NCBI GenBank assembly: GCA_026387235.1
Contig: JAPLMD010000042.1
Location: 3,185 to 67,184, forward strand
Origin: Candidatus Omnitrophota bacterium
GTDB lineage: Bacteria; Omnitrophota; Gorgyraeia; Gorgyraeales; Gorgyraeaceae
Length of the DNA: 64,000 nt
Reading direction: 5' to 3'
A model generated the notes under the pieces. The model did no database searches. It was not told the DNA's origin and was given only the letters and a program-made list of their open reading frames with translations. The translations under genes were made by a program, and so were the position numbers. Below are positions 40,317 to 47,009 of the stretch, in pieces (position 1 is the first letter of the stretch; the number at the start of each line of letters is the position of its first letter).

Positions 40317-41609
40317 CTATAATAATTCTGCGGCTAAGGACGCAAGACCAGAGCGCTCGTTCTTGGTAAGAGTTACATGGCCGAACATCTCCTGGCCTTT
40401 CATGCGCTCAACTGCGTAGCTGAGGCCGTTAGAGGATGAATCAAGATACGGACTGTCTATCTGGTAAGGGTCCCCCGTGAGAACCATCTTTGTATTGCTT
40501 CCTGCGCGGCTTACGACTGTTTTTATTTCATGAGGCGTGAGATTCTGTGCCTCGTCTATGATTATAAATTGATTGGGGATACTTCTCCCTCTCATGTAAG
40601 TAAGCGCTTCTAATTGCAGAAGATCGCAGTCGATCAAGCCCTCAACGTGTTCTTTTCTTTTTCTTATGGTAAGGATATATTCCAGATTATCATAAATAGG
40701 CTGCATCCAGTTTACGAGCTTCTCTTCTTTTGTGCCCGGCAGATAGCCTATATCTTTTCCCATCGGTATAACAGGCCTTGAAACAAGCATCCTTTTGTAG
40801 CCATGCTCATCCACTGTCTTTTTCAATCCTGCCGCGAGCGCGAGAAGGGTTTTTCCTGTGCCTGCCACTCCTACGAGCGTCACAAGCTTTATACTGTCGT
40901 CCAGAAGAAGATCTAAGGCAATTGCCTGTTCTTTATTTCTCGGTTTTATGCCCCACACATCCCCAAGGTCTGATTTTAAAAGCACTATGCCTTTTTGTTT
41001 AGCGTCATATCTTCCGAGAGCCGTATGTTTACCCGCGGATTTATCCTTCAATAATATATACTGATTCGGGAACAACCCGTTTTCCTTCAGGGCGAAAAAC
41101 TTTTTTTCATAAAAATTATCTATCTCTTTCGAGCTGAATTCTATTTCTTTCCAGCCGTTATACAGGCTGTCTATGTCCACTTTTTGCTTTTCAAAATCAA
41201 CCGCATTTACACCTAATGCATCTGCTTTTACTCTGGCGTTTATATCCTTGGAAACAAAAATCACATGATTGCCTTTCTGCTGAAGATCATACGCCACCAT
41301 CAAAATTTTATTGTCTCTTTCGTGCGGCGAAACATTCAGGATGCCTTTTGAATCCACGTGCATAACAATACGCAAAATTCCGCCGTTCTCAAGAGGAACG
41401 CCTTCGCCTAATTTGCCATGTTCTCTCAGGTCATCCAGCATTCTTATCGCTGCCCTGGCATTGCGGCCCTTTTCATCGCTGTCTTTTTTGAATATGTCCA
41501 ACTCTTCAATGACGTCGATAGGAAGGACAACTTCGTTATCCGCAAATACGTTCAATGCCTCAGCGTTATGAAGAATCACATTTGTATCAAGTACGAATAT
41601 TTTTCTCAT
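40317..41609 (-). CDS. PIN-PhoH family ATPase
   Basis: FVLDTNV, SKDINARVKA, AGTGKT, GYLPG, RGRS, DEAQN, GD..QID. Confidence 0.93.
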   Translation of the reverse strand: MRKIFVLDTNVILHNAEALNVFADNEVVLPIDVIEELDIFKKDSDEKGRNARAAIRMLDDLREHGKLGEGVPLENGGILRIVMHVDSKGILNVSPHERDNKILMVAYDLQQKGNHVIFVSKDINARVKADALGVNAVDFEKQKVDIDSLYNGWKEIEFSSKEIDNFYEKKFFALKENGLFPNQYILLKDKSAGKHTALGRYDAKQKGIVLLKSDLGDVWGIKPRNKEQAIALDLLLDDSIKLVTLVGVAGTGKTLLALAAGLKKTVDEHGYKRMLVSRPVIPMGKDIGYLPGTKEEKLVNWMQPIYDNLEYILTIRKRKEHVEGLIDCDLLQLEALTYMRGRSIPNQFIIIDEAQNLTPHEIKTVVSRAGSNTKMVLTGDPYQIDSPYLDSSSNGLSYAVERMKGQEMFGHVTLTKNERSGLASLAAELL

Positions 41610-41658
41610 GGCTTATATTATACATAATTATAACTTAATGTAAACATCTTTTGTCCAC

Positions 41659-41712
41659 CCTCTGTCCACCTGCCAGGTGAGCCATCTGGCTCACCTGGCA
41701 GGTGGACAGAGG
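41659..41712. repeat. REP doublet (REPIN-like) downstream of RAYT
   Basis: 26-bp perfect arms CCTCTGTCCACCTGCCAGGTGAGCCA with a 2-nt spacer. Confidence 0.92.
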
Positions 41713-41718
41713 CTTACG

Positions 41719-42351
41719 TTATTCTAGTATCATATCCTTTATTTTTGCCAATTCTCTTTGATAAGAAATTCTGTCTTCTACAAATTTTTTATACTCCTCT
41801 GGCTTTATATCTAATACATTGTCATATTCACAAATGCCCTCTTTATTACCGGAAATATATTCCCGATAAGAGGACCATTTCCAGTCTTCCGGGTTATTAA
41901 CTATATACGCTGTAGCAGGATTTAAATGAATGTATCTTGTCAAATGGAGCAACTGCGCATCGCTTTCTACCAGCACTTTTTTAAAACTACTCTCCCATAA
42001 TGGCCCTTTGCGATTATGCTTTATATTAAAATATCGCGAATAACTATTAAGCACGTTGCTCATAAAAACTGAAATTCCTTTGTCCTTTAATTGCTTAAGC
42101 ACTAAATGTATATGGGTCGGCATAATGCAATAACAAATAATCTGCACAAGTCTTTTAACGTCAAGTTGTTTAACCTGCATATTCCTTTCTTTGAACCTTG
42201 AAAACCGGACAAAAGGCCTTTCGATTCTATAATATTCAATGACTTCGCGCATCCTTGAATATTCAAAATCATTATTAAATATTACATATTCTGCGATACT
42301 TTTACTATAAACATGATAGATTTCGTCTGTAACTATGCGCTGACTATCCAT
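41719..42351 (-). mobile_element. REP-associated tyrosine transposase (RAYT/TnpA-REP-like, Y1 HUH family)
   Basis: YHVYSKS, YCIMPTHIHL (HUH), YFN.KH.RKG.LW, RYIHLNP (catalytic Tyr), WSSY; SD AGGAGG before ATG 42351; bracketed by palindromes. Confidence 0.88.
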
Positions 42352-42377
42352 TTTACCCCTCCTATAGCTTATACCTT

Positions 42378-42425
42378 TGGTCCACCTGCCAGGTGAGCCA
42401 GCTGGCTCACCTGGCAGGTGGACCA
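42378..42425. repeat. REP doublet (REPIN-like) upstream of RAYT
   Basis: 48-nt perfect palindrome TGGTCCACCTGCCAGGTGAGCCAG|CTGGCTCACCTGGCAGGTGGACCA. Confidence 0.92.
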
Positions 42426-42530
42426 GGGTTCTCATTATATAAGACACATTTGGAGGGGATTTTCTTTCAAAAAAATTTAGATTTTTTCAGCAGACTAGAA
42501 GATATGTAAAAGGCGGTGAGTTTGTTTGCA

Positions 42531-42570
42531 AATAAAAATCCCCTGGAGGATTACTCCCCCAGGGGATTTA
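42531..42570 (-). terminator. Intrinsic terminator after the porin gene
   Basis: AAATCCCCTGG/CCAGGGGATTT stem followed by a T-rich tail. Confidence 0.8.
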
Positions 42571-42593
42571 AACTGCTGAACTAATGTTTTAGG

Positions 42594-43946
42594 TTAGAAA
42601 GCAACCTTTACATTAGCTACGACTGTGGATGCTCGGTCGTTGTTGTCTGTTAAGAATGTTTTGCCTGGCATAAAGAAACCTGCTGTCAAACCAAGCTTCA
42701 CATCTTCTGTGTAGTCATAACCTAATGAAAAATCTACTTCTTGCCCTAAATTTTTATTACCCCTTATTTGTAGACCATCTCTTGTAGTTGTAACAGTGGT
42801 GTCCCATTTCTGCGCTAACATAAAATAGTAATAATCAAGCGCAACTGTCAGGTCCTGCACAGGAACAGCTGACGCCATTACATTGATTATGCTAGAGTTT
42901 GAATCCACGCCATCGTTATTGCCGTCAAAAATCTGATTTGCAACAATACCGTGCGTCTGGTCTTCAAACGAAGTATCCCATGCTTTATAAGTTACACCAG
43001 CCGCTGCATCTGTATCAACAGCTTGACCAGGAGGTGTTTTCTGGCCGGAACGATAGACATATCTTGCTGCAACTTTTGGCGACCACTTGTAATCAATCGC
43101 GTATGCTGCGCCTAAATCAGCTGCCCAAGCAGATCTGTCAATGCTCACGCCACCAAGCCTATAATCGCCTCTCTGTACTGCAAGCTCTCCATCTACTACT
43201 AACTTGGAGATTGGCTCTAAACTGCCTCTTACGCCATATGTATAAATTTTATCTGATTCCACGTTAGCTGCTCTGGTATTCTTTGCGAACATATAAGCTT
43301 CTGCTTCTGAATTATACTTGTCAAACTTATATGCTGCATTGATACCATATAGATCTGTATCATCGTCGTTTTTCGATGATCCGACAGTGCCTGCAGTAAT
43401 CTTTGCCATTACAATATCCAACACTAAAGGATTGTAGTCAAAAGTTGCCCTTACTGCGTCAAAAGCTTTTCTTACAGAAAAGTCTTCTGCTGCGATTGAA
43501 GTACCTATTGATCGATCATTTGAATCCGGATCTCCAACTACTAATCCATTGCCGAATCTTAAATTCTGCCTTCCAATGGTCAGTGTTAAAGGAGCATAAA
43601 ACATCTCCTTCATCTTTACAGATGCGAGATCTAAGGCAATGTTTGTATTGCCGCTTCCATCAGCAACAGCTTCTTGATTCCAATCTCTTTCATTGAGTAA
43701 TCTTACACAAGTAGACACATTATCAGTCAGGTCTGCGTCAATCTGAACTCTTGCGGTTGACATGAACCATGTGTCTGAATCAGCATTAGTGCCGCTTGTG
43801 TAATTATTGAAATCGTAGTCATTTCTGGTAATCATTTTTGAATCAATATCACCGCTGACCTTTACGTTCTGCACTTCTGCGAACGCGGGGACAGCAATGA
43901 GAGCTACTATTGCTAGTATACTCATTAGTTTTAAGAATCTACTCAT
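42594..43946 (-). CDS. Outer-membrane beta-barrel porin (alginate-export family-like)
   Basis: Signal peptide AFA|EVQNV, GRQNL.FG.G..VG, FDA.R, GQEVD, C-terminal Phe; own promoter and terminator. Confidence 0.8.
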   Translation of the reverse strand: MSRFLKLMSILAIVALIAVPAFAEVQNVKVSGDIDSKMITRNDYDFNNYTSGTNADSDTWFMSTARVQIDADLTDNVSTCVRLLNERDWNQEAVADGSGNTNIALDLASVKMKEMFYAPLTLTIGRQNLRFGNGLVVGDPDSNDRSIGTSIAAEDFSVRKAFDAVRATFDYNPLVLDIVMAKITAGTVGSSKNDDDTDLYGINAAYKFDKYNSEAEAYMFAKNTRAANVESDKIYTYGVRGSLEPISKLVVDGELAVQRGDYRLGGVSIDRSAWAADLGAAYAIDYKWSPKVAARYVYRSGQKTPPGQAVDTDAAAGVTYKAWDTSFEDQTHGIVANQIFDGNNDGVDSNSSIINVMASAVPVQDLTVALDYYYFMLAQKWDTTVTTTRDGLQIRGNKNLGQEVDFSLGYDYTEDVKLGLTAGFFMPGKTFLTDNNDRASTVVANVKVAF

Positions 43947-44137
43947 TTACTTTTCCTCCTTGGTTGACTTTATTATATCTAGGCTATTACCTAAAATTGT
44001 TTTTCTCTCTATGATATATCGCTATATTATTTTGGCTGCTTCTGCTTAAAAGTTTCACCTCCCTCCCTTGCATAGATTAAAGCTGCCTATAGCGGTATAC
44101 GCTTCTTGTAAACGATTTCTTTACTTTATTGCCAAAA

Positions 44138-44166
44138 AGTATACCTCATATATATATAATTGTCAA
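44138..44166 (-). promoter_or_regulatory. Near-consensus sigma70 promoter of the porin gene
   Basis: TTGACA-17 nt-TATACT. Confidence 0.8.
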
Positions 44167-44190
44167 GAACTTTGTGCTTTTATCCCTATT

Positions 44191-44655
44191 TTACTTGGTT
44201 TCCGTTTTCTGCGCTTTTATAGGCCTGGACCTAGGAGAAAGAGATATTATAACAGTGCTCTTTCCGCCCTGCGGTTGTACTGTAACTATACAGCTTTCAT
44301 CCGAATTCTCGTAGTTTAAAACCTTTCTATCGTATTCTATGATATTCACCAGGTCCCAATTAAATGAAGCCATCTGCTCCTTATAAAACGCCACTACCTG
44401 GTCTGCTGTCTGGCCGCCGTAATACTTTAATAAGGCTACTCTCGATTTATCATTCTGGAACGCAAAAGACTCTTTGTCTAAACTTTTAAAACCCGCGGGA
44501 ACAGGTATATCTTCAAATTTAAGAATAGGGGCCACTGAAAGAGTTACTTTATTTTTTTCTGCATTGCCCGATGATTCGTTTTGAGGAAATGTAGCGCAGC
44601 CGGCCAATAAAACCAGAGACAAAACACAAAGAATAAGAAACTTAAATATATACAT
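44191..44655 (-). CDS. Hypothetical lipoprotein
   Basis: Lipobox LAGC; F.DIPVP motif. Confidence 0.8.
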   Translation of the reverse strand: MYIFKFLILCVLSLVLLAGCATFPQNESSGNAEKNKVTLSVAPILKFEDIPVPAGFKSLDKESFAFQNDKSRVALLKYYGGQTADQVVAFYKEQMASFNWDLVNIIEYDRKVLNYENSDESCIVTVQPQGGKSTVIISLSPRSRPIKAQKTETK

Positions 44656-44664
44656 ATATCCTCC

Positions 44665-44728
44665 TTAAATTTTGTGAAACAAAATTTAATCCCGAGCAGC
44701 CCTTATTCTTCACTGAGTCGCGAGGGGC
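44665..44728. repeat. Family A copy A6 (abuts lipoprotein SD)
   Basis: TTAAATTTTGT-GAA-ACAAAATTTAA TCCC-GA-GC...GC-GA-GGGGC. Confidence 0.82.
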
Positions 44729-44765
44729 TTTTTTATAATAAGGTTACTACATCTATCCTTTAATG

Positions 44766-45413
44766 TCAAGTAAGTCGTGCTACTAATTCTTCCGAATTTT
44801 TAAAAACCTGCGCAATTTCCTTTTTATCAAGTCCTGCGCCAAAAAGAACCTCTTCCGCAAAATCCTTTGTAATCAGATTTTCAGGCGCGTGGGAATCTGT
44901 ACTTATAACAAGTTTCGCTCCCGCGAGTCTCGCCATCTTCGCAACGTGACCGTTACTAAGCGAATGGCCTTTACGAGTCGTGATTTCAAGATAGATATTT
45001 CTACTTGCCGCGAGCTTCGCGTCTTCCAGCGTTATAAGCCCCGGATGAGCCAGGATGCTTATGTCCGCAAGAAGCGCTTCCTTATTTGTGCCTTTAATAA
45101 CAGGCTCGACTATTGTTTCGCCGTGGCCGAGAATCAGCTTTATGCCTTTTGAACGGACAAATTTTGCAGTGCTTTTTATCAGCTCAATAGGCATATGCGT
45201 AATCTCAACTCCGGGAATCGCTTTTATCTTCCAGTTTTTATTTATGTCATTACACGCGTTTATGATCCTGGGTATGACAAAGTCTATGTTGGAAGAATCC
45301 ACGTGGTCGGTCATGCCTATAACTTTATAGCCTTTTTCCTGCGCCCGCCTAGCTAATTCAGTGGGCAATAACTCTCCATCGCTTAATAATGTGTGGGTAT
45401 GCAGGTCGATCAT
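44766..45413 (-). CDS. PHP-domain phosphoesterase
   Basis: DLHTH..SDG, TDH, GVEITH, HGE, LAHPG, TDSH. Confidence 0.9.
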   Translation of the reverse strand: MIDLHTHTLLSDGELLPTELARRAQEKGYKVIGMTDHVDSSNIDFVIPRIINACNDINKNWKIKAIPGVEITHMPIELIKSTAKFVRSKGIKLILGHGETIVEPVIKGTNKEALLADISILAHPGLITLEDAKLAASRNIYLEITTRKGHSLSNGHVAKMARLAGAKLVISTDSHAPENLITKDFAEEVLFGAGLDKKEIAQVFKNSEELVARLT

Positions 45414-45440
45414 GTTTCTCTCCTTAGCTAAGCATTGTGG

Positions 45441-45523
45441 TTCGACGCGCTCGCTTCGCTCGCTTGCTCACCACCATCCTGAGCAAGCGAAAATTTTATA
45501 AAATAAAATTTTCGCGCGTCGAA
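45441..45523. repeat. Four-way palindromic element at the tRNA 3' end
   Basis: Stems TTCGACGCG/CGCGTCGAA and CTTGCTCA/TGAGCAAG; side arms C-GA-GC-GAA-GC-GA-G (minus strand) and an AT-rich hairpin. Confidence 0.8.
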
Positions 45524-45526
45524 GGA

Positions 45527-45603
45527 TGGCGTCCCAGGGGCGATTCGAACGCCCGACCCCAGGTTTAGGAAACCTGTGCTCTATCCATCTGAGCTACTGG
45601 GAC
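45527..45603 (-). tRNA. tRNA-Arg(CCT)
   Basis: GTCCCAG acceptor stem, anticodon arm CAGGT-TTCCTAA-ACCTG, GTTCGAATC, encoded CCA. Confidence 0.96.
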
Positions 45604-45614
45604 CTTTGACCTTG

Positions 45615-45661
45615 GTCCACCTGCCAGGTGAGCCAGATGATGGCTCACCTGGCAGGTGGAC
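45615..45661. repeat. Third REP doublet (REPIN-like), between apt and tRNA-Arg
   Basis: GTCCACCTGCCAGGTGAGCCA-gatga-TGGCTCACCTGGCAGGTGGAC. Confidence 0.92.
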
Positions 45662-45670
45662 AGGGATTTA

Positions 45671-46186
45671 TTAATACTGGACCATGGAATAGACCGGGAA
45701 ATCGCTTAATTTGGAACGGCCTTTTAAGTCTTCTAATTCTATGATGAAGGTAATCTCTACGATTTCGCCTTTCAGTTTTTTTACAAGATCTATTACTGCG
45801 CCAAGCGTCCCACCTGTTGCCAATAAATCATCTATCAATAAAATCCTTGCCCCGGGTTTTATCGCATCTTGATGTATCTCAAGCGTATCTTCGCCGTATT
45901 CCAGAGAGTAAGTCGCCTGGATTGTTTTGGATGGAAGTTTTCCTTTTTTTCTGACAGGGACAAATCCTGCACCTAACTTATAAGCCAGGGCTCCGCCAAA
46001 AATAAAGCCGCGTGATTCTACGGCAAGGACTGCGTCTATTTTTTTATCAGCGTATCTTTTCGCAAGCGTATCTATAACTTCCCTGAACTTATCCTTGTTA
46101 CCGATAAGTGTCGTGATGTCTCTGAAAAGAATGCCTTTTTTGGGGAAGTCAGGGATGCTGCGTATGTATTTCTTTAAATCGTCCAT
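45671..46186 (-). CDS. apt: Adenine phosphoribosyltransferase
   Basis: PDFPKKGI.FRDIT, ESRGF, RKKGKLP, LEYG, IDDLLATGGT. Confidence 0.97.
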   Translation of the reverse strand: MDDLKKYIRSIPDFPKKGILFRDITTLIGNKDKFREVIDTLAKRYADKKIDAVLAVESRGFIFGGALAYKLGAGFVPVRKKGKLPSKTIQATYSLEYGEDTLEIHQDAIKPGARILLIDDLLATGGTLGAVIDLVKKLKGEIVEITFIIELEDLKGRSKLSDFPVYSMVQY

Positions 46187-47007
46187 TAATATTCTCCCAT
46201 CTCGCCGGTTTGCTGCATTATAAAAACTCGCAATTTTTCAAGCGCCGCGCTTTCTATCTGCCTGACCCTTTCTCTCGTGATACCGAACACCTTTGCTGTT
46301 TCGCCCAGGGTATGAGTAGCGCCGTCGCTTAAGCCAAATCTCAGGTCCAGTATCTTTTTTTCGCGTTCATTCATGCGGTCCAGCAGCTGGACAACCCTTT
46401 CGCGGCGAAGAGTATCAGTAACGTTATCCGTAGGAGATAAGCTAGAATTGTCCTCAATAAGGTCTATAAACTGCCCTGTGCTTTCGTCGCCGATAGGCGC
46501 GTCAAGAGAAGAAATCTTAGTGGCTGCCTCGCTTATCTCCCGTATTTTCTTCATAGAAAATCTCATCAGCTTTGCAACTTCTTTTGTCTTGGGCTTCCTG
46601 CCATATCTTTGAGTCAGCTGTTCAGTAACCCTTTTCCACCTGTTGATTATCTCTGTCATGTAAACAGGTATCCTGATGGTCTTGCCCTGATTCGCGACGG
46701 CCCTTGTAATATACTGCTTGATCCACCACGCCGCGTAAGTGGAAAATCTGTAGCCTTTATGCGGGTTGTATTTCTTCACAGCTTTCATAAGGCCGAGATT
46801 CCCTTCTTCGATCAGGTCCATCATCGGAACGCCTAATTTCGAATACCGTTTGGCGATATTCACTACAAGCCTGAGATTAGCCTGTATCATCCTCTTCCTG
46901 GCATGCACATTGCCTATCCTGACCTTCTTTGACAAGGATATCTCCTCTTCCGCGGTCAGTAGAGGCGTATCTTTTATTGCCCTGAGATATAATTTTATAG
47001 CATCCAT
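46186..47007 (-). CDS. Sigma-70 family factor (RpoD/RpoS-like, no region 1.1)
   Basis: MDAIKLYL, NLRLVVNIAKRY, DLIEEGNLGL, RFSTYAAWWIKQ, TRERVRQIE. Confidence 0.92.
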   Translation of the reverse strand: MDAIKLYLRAIKDTPLLTAEEEISLSKKVRIGNVHARKRMIQANLRLVVNIAKRYSKLGVPMMDLIEEGNLGLMKAVKKYNPHKGYRFSTYAAWWIKQYITRAVANQGKTIRIPVYMTEIINRWKRVTEQLTQRYGRKPKTKEVAKLMRFSMKKIREISEAATKISSLDAPIGDESTGQFIDLIEDNSSLSPTDNVTDTLRRERVVQLLDRMNEREKKILDLRFGLSDGATHTLGETAKVFGITRERVRQIESAALEKLRVFIMQQTGEMGEY

Positions 47008-47009
47008 GT

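Noticed and set aside
42352-42447. N-terminal extension of the RAYT ORF (MSYIMRTLVHLPGEPAG...)
   Set aside because: It translates the REP palindrome; the SD AGGAGG supports ATG 42351.
45441-45661. Prophage or genomic island integrated at tRNA-Arg
   Set aside because: No integrase and no duplicated tRNA 3' end was seen; the flanking genes are housekeeping.
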